DNA of 64,000 nt. Source: Octopus sinensis (Eukaryota). The DNA lies in contig NC_043009.1 in NCBI RefSeq assembly GCF_006345805.1, forward strand, positions 20,026,001 through 20,090,000, read 5' to 3'. Position 1 is the first letter of the stretch; each line of letters begins with the position of its first letter. The notes under the pieces are model-generated. The model worked only from the letters and a program-made list of their open reading frames with translations, did not search any database and was not told the origin of the DNA. Position numbers and translations under genes: made by a program. Of this stretch, positions 16,422 to 27,580 are shown piece after piece.

Positions 16422-16665
16422 TGGAAAAGTGGACATTAAAATGATGATGATGATCTACAGAATGTTAAGTAGTGTATATAATGTGAGAAATTTAATACAA
16501 AACATCAAAGTCAAAAGTGGAGGTGGAGAAATGCTGAAGAGGATAAATTGCTGGTTTTTAGGTACAAAACATGGCAGGGTGGTGGTGGTGACATTATATT
16601 GTACATTATATACACTACTTAACATTCTGTAGATCATCATCATCATTTTAATGTCCTCTTTTCCA
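16422..16665. repeat. Inverted repeat: 63-bp arms (16422-16484 / 16603-16665), inner 54 bp perfectly complementary, 118-bp spacer
   Basis: GGACATTAAAATGATGATGATGATCTACAGAATGTTAAGTAGTGTATATAATGT and its exact reverse complement. Confidence 0.95.
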
Positions 16666-19226
16666 TGTTTGTATGAGAGAGAGAGAGAGAAGAGGGAGCA
16701 GACTGCAGAGAGAAAATTCACAGGTATTTTCTGAAAATGTCCCGTGAAAAAAGGTAGTTATTGCAATGCTTCTATCGTCATCGTTGGCTGTGTAATTACA
16801 AAAGTAATTAATAAGCTATACACTTTCACACTTAAAGTGTTTCCAATAATTCATTAAACATATATGGGAGTGGGGAAGGAAAAAGAGAGGAAAAAAAAAC
16901 AAAACAAGAAGACCAGAAATGATATTCATTAAGAATGCATCCAAGTGAATATTATTATTCCTGTATTTTCCAGTAGGCTGCCTGCCTAAGTAATGGCTTT
17001 AATTACATCATTGATCGCTGACCTTGACAACATTGACGATGTTGTTATAGATATGGTAGCTCAGGAAATCAGTCAAATACAAAAAGATAAAAAACTACAG
17101 ATTGTTAATCAACAACTCACTGTCGCAAAGGATTCCTACCAGAGGGAACCATTTCTTCACCCGAGGAACAAATCCAGAAACAAAAGTTCAGGACTAAAAT
17201 CTTTTCATCTTAAGAAGCCCCGATCTTAGAAACAATGTTTGGAGATTGAACTTACTTCAAATTCATCTTAACGTCTGCTCCAAGTTGTAGGCAATGGTTT
17301 TGCAGAGAGACAAGTAGGCTGAAGGGCATCAGATAATTCCAAAATAAGGAATTTCTTGGCTATTCAGTTCTATGTGAAACATCATTCCCAAACCAACTGA
17401 AGATGGTCAGCAGCTTTTTGAAGCCATTTCCCCAAAATGCATTGAATTCTTATGATTATATTCATTTCAGGGTTAGGCTTCTGATGTGGCCTGATGGTAA
17501 GAGTGTTCTGTTCAAAATCATAATGTTATGGGTTCAATCCCTGAACCAGGTGGCACATTGCTTCAGTTTACTCAGCTGCAAATGAATACAGCAGAATGTT
17601 GGTGTAGCTCTGTCACTCTCTCTCCAACTTTAACATCATTGATGTGCTGCTAGGTCAAAGAGTGGATGATTTGAGAAGGTGACTATGTCTGCTCATGATT
17701 CCACAGGCACTGAACACAAGTAATGAAAGCACGGTACAGGTTACAAAACCATATTTGTCTGCAGGTAGTGAGTAACTCAACAAAACTGCCTGGTAATAAC
17801 AGCTCTAGTTCCATGGTTAGCCAAGGGTCAGCAGACAGTCAATCCATTTCTAAAGACAGAGGAAAATGAAAGAATATCTCTTCCTTCTGAGAGTGCTCAG
17901 AGTGTGGTTGTGTTCTTTCTCCAAAATTGAAGCCTTTTTCTTATTGCCAGAATCAGTTGAATGTTGAACAAAATGGTCTGTAGTAGCAAATAACTTTTGA
18001 GGGACAACAAAACAAATGCTAGAAGGGGTGGGGAATCAATCCTGAATTTAGTTTTGATATCAATATTTTAGGAAACATTTAACATAAACAGAACTGAAAT
18101 CATTTGTCAAGTAGACAATATTTCGTAATTCCAATGACTCAAACCAATAAAAGCAAAGAGGAAATCTTCCTGGGGGTTGATCAACATGCTAGAAATAGTA
18201 ACTATATCCCATTTAAATCATACCAAGAAAAAAAAAGGAAGGATACAATAGATAATGTAGTCATGGATATACTATGCCTCAGAAGAGGCAAGATGGTCAT
18301 GATTGGAATGTCTTTGATCATAGGCTGCTCAGGATCAAATAATAGTAGTAGCAAAACTGAGTTTTATCAATATTTAACTGGATAGAGCAGAATTTGAACC
18401 GATAACTTTTGGGTTACTAATTTACTCTCCTAAACCAATTTGACATTAAATAAGATCTGATCAAGAGGTAAATGGAAAGATTTTCACACATTTTACAATT
18501 AAGTTCTCGTTAACAAGATAATTCTAATGAAACAAGAAAGCAATGATCTTCGAAATGTTTTGATGATCTTCTTGTAATTTATTAACCTATCGAAAGTTTT
18601 GAAAAGGTTTAACCCAATGTCTACAATGCCACATCGTCTACAGAGGCTGTATATTGGTACAAATGTGACTACCATTATACTTGATACTGTTGAAGACTGA
18701 ATCAGTTTTTGTAAATCTGACAGACTCCAATAGCAATGGCTGTGGAATAAATAACAACTCATAACATTTTTTTTTCCTTATGGTTCTGACAAAAACATCA
18801 AACCCTCTCCAGCTGAGCATCCCTAATCTCGCAGGCTCCCAAGTGCTGGTGCCACATAAAAAGCACCCATGTCGATGCAGTGTAAAAGCATCCAGTACAA
18901 TCTGTAAAGTGGGTTGGGAAGGGCATCCAGCCATAGAAACCATGCCAAAACGCACAGAGAGCCTGAACAGCCCTTCAGCTGGTCAGCTCTGGTCAAACCG
19001 TCCAACTGATGCCAGCATGGAAAACAGACATTAAATGATGATGATAGTGTGTGTGTGTGTGTACATACACGCATATACAAGGCTGTGGCGTGGTTAGGAA
19101 GTTCATTTCCCAACCATAAGGTTTCAGGATCAGTCCTGCTGTGCAGCACCTTGGGTGTCTTCTGCTACAGCCCAAGAGTGGCCAAAGCCTTGTCAAAGAA
19201 TTTGGTGGATAGAAACTGAATAGAAG

Positions 19227-19449
19227 CAAGGCGGTGAACTGGCAGAAATGTTAGCAAGCTGGGCGAAAAGCTTAGTAGCATTTCGTCTACCGTTACGTTC
19301 TGAGTACAAATTCCACCGAGGTCGACTTATCCTTTCAGAGTCAATAAATTAAGTACCAGTTACGCACTGGGGTCATAATCGACTTAATCCCTTAGTCTGT
19401 CCTTAATTGTCCCCTCTATGGTTAGCCCCCTGTGGGCAGTAAAGAAATA
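19227..19449 (+). mobile_element. Full-length family B SINE with Tx1-type tail and 16-bp TSD, nested in a family A SINE
   Basis: AGAAACTGAATAGAAG at 19211-19226 and 19450-19465; ends TTAGCCCCCTGTGGGCAGTAAAGAAATA. Confidence 0.9.
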
Positions 19450-20459
19450 AGAAACTGAATAGAAGAGCACATCAATTCTGTGTGTGTGTGTGTGTGTGTA
19501 TGCATATGTATGTAGTATGGTTGAATGGTCAAAAAGTTGACTTGGCAACCATGAAGCTCATGGTTCAATCCCATTGTTTGACATCTGGAAGAAATGTATT
19601 TTTCTTTAACTTCATACCAACTCATACTTTTGAAATGAAAAAAAAAGAGGAGAAGCAAAGTGTACAGATGCCCCTCGGATGGAATGTGTTAGTTCCTGTT
19701 GATTCTGTCTGAGAACTGCATGAACAATATACATGAAGGTGGAATAGTTAATCACTCTGTATACTAATTCAATAATCCAGTAATTCACTTGATCAGAGAA
19801 CTGAATAGCCATTAGCAAAAATGACTGGAAACCATGGCCAACCAGGATTCATAGACAAGTACAACTTGGTGGTGGCACGTACTAGGCTTTTGGTAAGTGC
19901 TTCAAGAGGGTCTTTGAGTCACTCTGAAATAGAAACCCTCTTGGCCCTCCTATTTATGAGCCAGCAGAAAAATGGTTGCATCAACACTGAATTGGTGATA
20001 CTTGTTCACAACTGAGTACACAGGAGTGAGGAGAAAATGAAGTACCTTCAAAAACACATCTCACTGCTTGGTCCAGGAACTGAACCCATGATCATGAGAT
20101 CAACACTCCTAATCACTAGGTCACATGCTCATACATAAGTATACATTTGTACACGAACATTAGACAGGTAACCTATGCAGTAGAAAAAGAAAAAACTTAA
20201 CTACTTCTCAGTAGATTGAAAAATTAAGAACATCCTTCAGTTTTTTTTAACCTTACTGGTTCTTATCAGATGTATCTGCATTATTCTGACCAATTCCAGA
20301 GAAACAGGGAACCAATCTGCTTATTTACTCAACAAATCCAGTAAGTAAAGAGTAACGACTGGAGCAACTAATTTGCATACCATAAGTGTTTAACACTTTA
20401 ATATCAGTGGCCTGTCAACAGGGATCTCAGTCCACACAGTAGCGAGGTATGATTATATA

Positions 20460-20725
20460 GTGATTTTGGTCTCACACTCATGATCACAAAATTGTGGTTT
20501 CAATTCCCAGACTAGCAATATATAGTGTTCCTGAGCAAAAAATTTTATGTTGCTCTAGCCCACTTCTCTGTTACCCTTTTGGGTAACCCTGTGCAATGGA
20601 CAGATGTTTCATTCAAGGGGAATGATGGCCTGCCTGTCTAGCCTGTAGGATGCCATCATTCAAAAGCTAGAACAATGGGAGGCAGTGCATAGTGGTCAGT
20701 GATGTATAACAACATCTGATAAGTT
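20460..20725 (+). mobile_element. tRNA-derived SINE, family C, with tail matching the RTE remnant at 6.5 kb
   Basis: B-box-like GGTTTCAATTCCC, GTGTTCCTGAGCAA block, tail GCATAGTGGTCAGTGATGTATAACAACATC. Confidence 0.7.
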
Positions 20726-20766
20726 TGGTTAACACACACATAATATATATATAGTGTATAGTTTTC

Positions 20767-23594
20767 TTAAAATCTACACCCAACATCTTCAAACATTGTG
20801 CCCTGTATGATCCAGAGGTGTGCTTCAACTTTCTGAGACAAGTCTGAAAATGTGAAGGAATTTAGAAAAGCTGAGTATTTATTAATGAACAAAACCACAG
20901 GCATATGATGGGGTTCCTCTGCCGCAGAGTCATACATGCACTCGTCAATTTTAATGTTTTGTTTTATAATAGAACGTTTAAACAATTCGTGGTGAACTGT
21001 AACAGTTTGAGTGCCTTCGTGTGTTATGATTGGAAAAAATGTTGAGCATCCTTTGGGGTTTGTAGAATAAATTTTTAAAAGATAATAAAACTAAGTGATA
21101 AAAAACCCTAATTAACGATAAGTTTCAAATCTAAAATCTTCAAACCTATCCTGTTTTATCTTAAAGTCCCTTTCTCTGTCCTTTGTTTTGTTATTTATAC
21201 AGGAAAATAAATGTAGGCTGGAGGCATTTGAGTGCAAATCAAAAACCTTTTGCATGGAAGTTACATTCCTTACTTCACCTCGAGTTTAAGGGTTCAATTG
21301 TAATAATCGAAAAACAGTTTTACAATTGTTTAGATATTTTTATTTTCTTCCTCCCTGCAATGATTAGAGTTATTTTACTTCGAAGAATGTTAATAACATA
21401 ACAGTGCCATTCTAGACACTAATGGACCATAATGTGAAGTTAAGAGATTGCCATAATTAACTTAATATGGCCGAGTGGCATTTCAATACCAAAAAAAAAA
21501 AGGACTTTAGTTTCCAGTTGAGCCATTTCTACATTTGGAACCATCCAGTTCCGAATTTCTTTGATATTTCCATTCACTTAACAATAATGTTGTAGCAGTT
21601 GCTGTTTAGCCCTAGGTCAGTCGTGATTGAGCGGAAACCACGATAAGAAGCTACCATATTTTATGGCATATGGCATGCACTTTTTCCCCAAAAATATATT
21701 TCAAGAAAAAAAAAAATCACCCCAGCCCTAAATGCAATGCTGAGCCTCTATTATCTGCTTTAACACACTAAGAATCGTTTTTTTTTTCTCCTGAATGTTC
21801 ACAGCAGAAATGGAGGACCATCTAATACATGCATGTATCAAATACAACATTTGAGCTGTGACCAAACACTTGGACTTCAATATGATGTAATTTGAGGATA
21901 TTTTGGTTGCTACTTTTGCAGGTTGTGTAATCACACAGAATCCTTCCTCATTTGTTTGTTGTTATTATTATTAATAAATATAGGCAACTATTCAATCATT
22001 CTTGTTTGTCTCTATATCAATAAATATATATATATATATATATCTCACACATTGTATCCTGTTAGTTTACATTGATAGCATAGCTTCGAAACCAGAATGC
22101 AACATCGTACCTGTTGTTTGTCTCCTAGATACCAGCTTTATTGGTCTTTCTATAAAAGATGGCTTCCCCATTTTGCTCTGGTTACTGTTTCTAGGTGGTT
22201 AATGGAAGGTGGCTGTGTCTTTTATGATATTTCTCTATGTCCGATGCTTTCTGCACGCTATGCATCTCTAGAGATGCAGAGTCAGCAGCTGGAAACTCGT
22301 TATATTTTGCATTAGTAAACGATACAGACAAAGCAAAGCAAAGGTAATTTTGTAAAACTTGTCCAGCCCTTGGAGAAGTGGACTTTGATGATGATTGAAT
22401 TGGTAAGCAATTGTATTATAATAGAACAAATCATTGATTAATGGAACCAATAAAACAACCCTATGGTCATGACTAATTGGAAAGGAGAATGTTGCAGTAA
22501 ATGCTTCAGCTGTACAATTTACATACTGACAGACAAGACAAGCTGGTTTCCAAGCAAGTTCTTCTTTCAATGACTGCCTTGCAACAACTGGAAATACTTT
22601 TAATGGCTTACCATCAGATGATCTTGGATCAAGTGTAATATAGCAGAGAGAATATTAGACATCTAGCAGTAAACACCTTCACAGCTAATCTAAATTAATG
22701 CCTTCTATATTATCATCATCATCATCATCAGTGTTGTGGACTGACAAAATTGTTAGTGTATTGAAAAAAAAATACTTTATGGTATTTTTTCCTGTTTTTT
22801 TACATTCTGAGTTCAAATCCTTTTGATGTCAATTTTGTGTCTCATCAAATACTGAGATTGATGTAAATGACAAATCCCCTCTCCTCAGAAATTGCTGGCC
22901 TTGTGCCTAAATTGAAAACAATTACTACAACTATTATTATTCATCATCATCATTTAACAGGTTTTCCATGCTGGCATGGATCGGACCACTGGCATTATTA
23001 TTATTATTATTATTATGATAATGACAACAACAGACTGGCAAAATCATTTGAATGCCCAGAAAAATGTCTTGTAATATTTGCTCTCCACATGTTATGTTCA
23101 TAACAAATTTGACAAAAAGACTATTTAAAATATTCCAGAACTAAATCAGATATCTATATATATAAAACTGTAGTTGTGTGAGTGTCTGTCCCCTTCGATT
23201 TAGATTCCTAACTACTCCAAAATGCTTATATAGTTATTTCCCTTACAAACCCGAGCAACGCCGGGCGATACTGCTAGTTGTTAATAAAAAAAAAATGATT
23301 AGTAATAAAGAAAACACTTTTTGTATGAGATTAAAGAATTTGTGAGAATATTTTCCATCAATATCTTTAAATGCTTGTACAAGGAAATGGAGAAAAACAA
23401 AACCAAATCTGCTTCAATAATTCTTGAAGAAGTTTTAAATACAAGAGATTTTCTGAGTACAAAACATTACGAGTGCCACTTAGCTTGGCCCTTAAACCTT
23501 TCTTTTTTAGGTCATTTGAGCACTTCTTTGTGAAGTGTGTCGAAGACCAAAACAAGTTGGCAGAAGCTCTTCTCAAAGTAGATACTTACAGCAT
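20767..23594 (-). CDS. Candidate 4-exon coding chain (23590-23594 of exon 23590-23666; 22527-22622; 22111-22190; 20767-20843), 85 aa, no recognised homology
   Basis: Non-repetitive islands bounded by AG/GT (donors GTAAGT, GTATGT, GTACGA; strong acceptor TTCCTTCACATTTTCAG); phases join to ML-SSDGKPLKVFPVVARQSLKEELAWKPACLVCQ-NSNQSKMGKPSFIERPIKLVSRRQTTD-LSQKVEAHLWIIQGTMFEDVGCRF*. Assembled by eye; other joins are possible. Confidence 0.25.
23153..23277 (+). mobile_element. 125-bp non-autonomous mini-Helitron
   Basis: A|TCTATATATATAAA start; subterminal hairpin CCCG-AGCAACGC-CGGG (23250-23265); CTAG|T end; AT target, no TSD. Confidence 0.85.
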
Positions 23595-23889
23595 CGGTTT
23601 CTCTACTGAATCATTCAAAAATAGTCTTTCAGTTTAGTGTTAATCAAGCTTAATGTTGCTGCGTTTCTAAAAATATAAATAAAAGTGATTCAGTGCCACT
23701 GATCTCGAGCAGAAAATTCCTCTTAACTTTGCTAAAAGCTTAAATTGACATGCAGCTAGACATATTTAACACTTCTAAAATATATTTCAACTTTGAACAG
23801 ATTTCTGATAATCAATTTTTATTCTTTTCCAAGTAGAAGACCTATACTGACATACAAGTGAATTTCTTCATAAAAATAAAATAGAGAGA

Positions 23890-24500
23890 GAATTGTTCAA
23901 GCATCAGACAAAATGCTTCAGAGTATTTCTTCCGGTTCATTACATTTTGAGTTCAAATCCTACCAAGGTCAACTTTGCTTTTCATTTTTGGCAAAGACAA
24001 AAAGCAGGAGTCAAATACTGGGTCAAAAAGCAGGAGTCAAATACTGGGTCAATTACTGACTTTGTCCCTAAACTTGAAACATTATTATTATTATTATTAA
24101 GGTAGCGAGCTGGCAGAATCATAGCCATACCAGACGAAATACTTAGCAACATTTCTTCTGTTTTTACATTCGGAGGGGGGGGGGAATAATTAACCAGTGG
24201 AACACTGAAGTTGATGTAATCAACTTATCCCTTCCCTTCAAAATTTCAGGCCTTGTGCCTATAAGAATTGACAGAGTTGTTAGAGTGGTGTATGAAATTC
24301 CTTGCAATATTTATTCCAGCCCCTTGCATTCTAAGTTCAAATCCTACTTACATCAACTTCACCTTTCATCCTTTGAGGGTCAACCAAATAAAAAACCAAA
24401 ACTGGACTGTGGGTTGGCAGAATTGGTAGAGTATCAGACAGGTTATTCAGGGACATTTGTTCTGAGCCTGTGCATTTTGAGTTCAAATCCCACTGTGTAC
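23890..24500 (+). mobile_element. Array of about four head-to-tail family B SINEs
   Basis: Repeated GAGTTCAAATCC B-box at ~23950, ~24335 and ~24480 plus GAGCTGGCAGAATC head at ~24108; internal 25-bp tandem duplication AAAAAGCAGGAGTCAAATACTGGGT. Confidence 0.75.
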
Positions 24501-26079
24501 TACTTGAGTGATAGACAATCCTTGGACAAATCATCCTTCAACATTCTTTTGCAGGGTTTACATTCTTGTAAGCACTCAAGTCAGGTTTACAGCTGGTGGA
24601 TACTGCTCCTTTCCCCCTCCCTTCCGTTTTTAAGGCCCTAAAAAATGCCATGCTTTGCCCTTCCCCAATGGCTTACAATATATTAGGGTTCCAACAGTTG
24701 ATGACAGAAAGCTATAAATGACATAAAGAGAGAATCTCAAAGATGAAGCCCCTGTTAAATGCAATTAGGGGTAATATGTTGCTCCTAAATGAGCAACATT
24801 ATCACCTGTATCTCATCTATTTAACGAATGTAGAGACAGAAATGGTAAAAGGTGAGATAAAGAGAGAGGACAAAGTGCTAATTCCACCCCCACCCCCAAA
24901 AAGTAAATGAAAAGTGGTTGACCTGATTAGAATGAATCAGAAGAGAAGACGACAAGTGAGTGGCAGGCAGTTGGTGGTTCTGTGGAGGAATTACATAAGA
25001 TTTGCTTAATAAATAAGAATTATTCTTTAATACATTAGCCACAATCACTTGAAGACTAATTATGGTGGGGGCGGAGGGAGACTGAAACAGAAAGTTAAAT
25101 CAATGGACAAGAATTTATTGTGGGATTTGGGGGTATGTGGTGAGAGATGGACTTTACAGAGAGTGTGGATGGGAAATGGGGATGGAAGAGGATATAAGGG
25201 TGTAAGGTGTAAGTATAGAAAAAGGGATCTGTAAAAGGGACAGTTGTCTACAGCAGCACATCAAAGGTTCAAATAGCACAAAATATATTTAAAGAACTAA
25301 AAACAAAAAACTAAAAAGTTATTAGAAATGGACAAGACGTCGGTTTTAGATTGAAGCATTGTCCACAGAGAACAGCAAGGAATGGACAAAAATATTTTAC
25401 ATGGCTCTGTGGTTAACACATTTACTTGTCAATCATAAGGTCCTGGGTTCAGTTCCTCAACCCTAACCTTGGGTTCACCAATACTATATCAGTGGAATTC
25501 AGTAAATGGAAACTGGGAAGAAGCTCATCATCTGTGTTTATATATATATATATAATGAACAAAGTTTTGGCCTAGTTCCAGATGACCAATGCAGTTTCTA
25601 TTGCTGAGAAGGTAAAAAATCACACCAAAACACCATGTCTGGTTGTCTGCCAACATTGTTTGGAGTTTGGCTCAATGGTGGGGTTTTTTATACACTTGAA
25701 GGTTATGTCTATAGAGAACTTTTTCTCAGAGATAAAATCCTGCAGCAAGTGCCTTTCTTGTTTCAGTAAAGAGGAACACATTAAAAATTAATGCACACTT
25801 TCTTTATTGTTCCTGCTTTGTGAGCTTACACACACACACGTAGTTTGAGTTGTGTGATCTTTAAAGTGATCAATACAATTGAAATGAAGAAGCAAAAATA
25901 GAATCCAAGTAAGAGACACCAGCTCAACAACATGCCTCCATTTTCTTTTGAAAATGGAGTCTTAACTCCAAATTATTGAAATAATGTAAAGTGTAAGGTG
26001 TTAATCTTCCTTACTGCAGTTTTTCACTCCTTATTTCAATTTGCACTGTAGACATTTTTGAACACACACACACACACAC

Positions 26080-26500
26080 ACATAATTTTTAGGCCCACTT
26101 TTCCATGCTTGCATGAATCAGACAAAATCTATCAAAGCAGATTTTCTTTTGCTGGATGCCATTCCTCTCACAAACATCACCTGTTTCCAGGTGAGTTCGT
26201 ATTTTCCCAGAGCTGGCCATCTTTACAAAAAAAAAAAAAAAAAAAAGATTGCAAGTGAACAACAATGGCAGTGACATTTGTTTACATCACGTGATGTGAA
26301 GACACACACACACACTCACACACACACCCATGCACACATATACGTATACAACAGACATCTTTCAATTTCCACCTACCAAATCCACTCACAAAGGACTGAC
26401 TGGCCCAATGATTATAGGAGACACTTTGCCAAAATGTCATGCTGTGAGATTGAACTTGAAATCATGTGGTTGGGAAAGAAACTTCTTAACCACACAGCCA
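26080..26500 (-). mobile_element. Family A SINE with RTE-type tail and central (CA)n
   Basis: Head at 26380-26500 and tail TTCCATGCTTGCATG...GCTGGATGCC at 26100-26165 on the same strand. Confidence 0.7.
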
Positions 26501-26748
26501 TGCTCTTTGTAGATCTGTGAGAAAACTAGAAAACTGGTAAACTTCAAATGAAATTGCTGGAGATATTTGTTCTGCATTGGATTCAGACAGTCCCCCTATG
26601 CCTTGAGATGTGCTGGGAACCAATGGTCTGCCAGTTCCAAGGACACTGTCATTCACAAATTGCAATGTTCGATTTCAATAAAATAAAACCAAGAACACTT
26701 AGAGAGGAATAAAAATGGCATGAAGGATACCAAAGGTGATAGAATAAG

Positions 26749-26985
26749 TATTTCTTTACTGCCCACAAAGGGCTAAACATAGAGGGGACAAACAAGGACA
26801 GACAAAGGGATTAAGTCGATTACATCGGCCCCAGTGCGAAACTGGTACTTTATTTATCAACCCCGAAAGGATGAAAGGCAGTCGACCTCGGTGGAATTTG
26901 AACTCAGAACGTAATGACAGACGAAATACGGCTACGCATTTCACCCAGCGTGCTAACGGTTCTGCCAGCTCGCCGCCTTACCAAT
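26749..26985 (-). mobile_element. Young full-length family B SINE with Tx1-type tail, ~12-bp TSD
   Basis: TGATAGAATAAG at 26737-26748 and 26988-26999; most CpGs retained. Confidence 0.9.
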
Positions 26986-27239
26986 GATGATAGAATAAGA
27001 TTAGAGAAAGGACATGGAAAAAGATTATCGAATGATAAAGAGAAATGGAAAGACTCCAGACCACTAGTTCCATTTGTTGGGAGAAAAGAAAGAATTTGGT
27101 TGGAATACAGGAGTTAACAGCTAAATGCATGTAGAAAGATTAAGAATTAAGATTAAGTGGGGATTAGTTAGATTAGAAAGACATTGTCGAGTTCAGGTAT
27201 TTATGAAGCTGTTGCCTCTACATGATTTTTCATCTGCAG

Positions 27240-27580
27240 GCCTGGCTGTGTGGTTAACAAGCTCACTTGGCAACCATGAGCTTCTGGGTTCAGCCTCAAT
27301 GAGTGGCACCTTGGACACCTGCTACTACAGTCCTGAGCTGACCAATTCCTTGTGAATGAATTTGGTTGACAGAAAATGCAAGGAAACCTGTTCCCCACCA
27401 TTTGACAAACCAACCGTGGTTTGTTTATGTCCCTGTAACTTAGTGGCTCAGTAAAAGAGACCAATAGAATAAGAATCAGACTTAAAAAGAGAAAATTACT
27501 GGGGGTCAATTTGACAAAGACCCTTCAAGATGGTACCGTAACATGGCCACAATCTAATGACTGAAACAAGTAAAAGATAA
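27240..27580 (+). mobile_element. Family A SINE with CR1-type tail
   Basis: Ends CATGGCCACAATCTAATGACTGAAACAAGTAAAAGATAA. Confidence 0.8.

Noticed and set aside
18104-18385. 93-aa ORF MSSRQYFVIP...
   Set aside because: Overlaps a dispersed repeat (GATAATGTAGTC...TTTGATCATAGG) with other copies near 16.2-16.3, 43.4-43.6, 45.5-45.7 and 47.6-47.7 kb.
22261-22278. Perfect 18-bp palindrome TGCATCTCTAGAGATGCA
   Set aside because: About 0.2-0.3 such palindromes are expected by chance in 64 kb at equal base frequencies.
26749-26985. tRNA-like A/B boxes here and in other copies
   Set aside because: SINE heads; no cloverleaf or acceptor stem, so not called tRNA genes.
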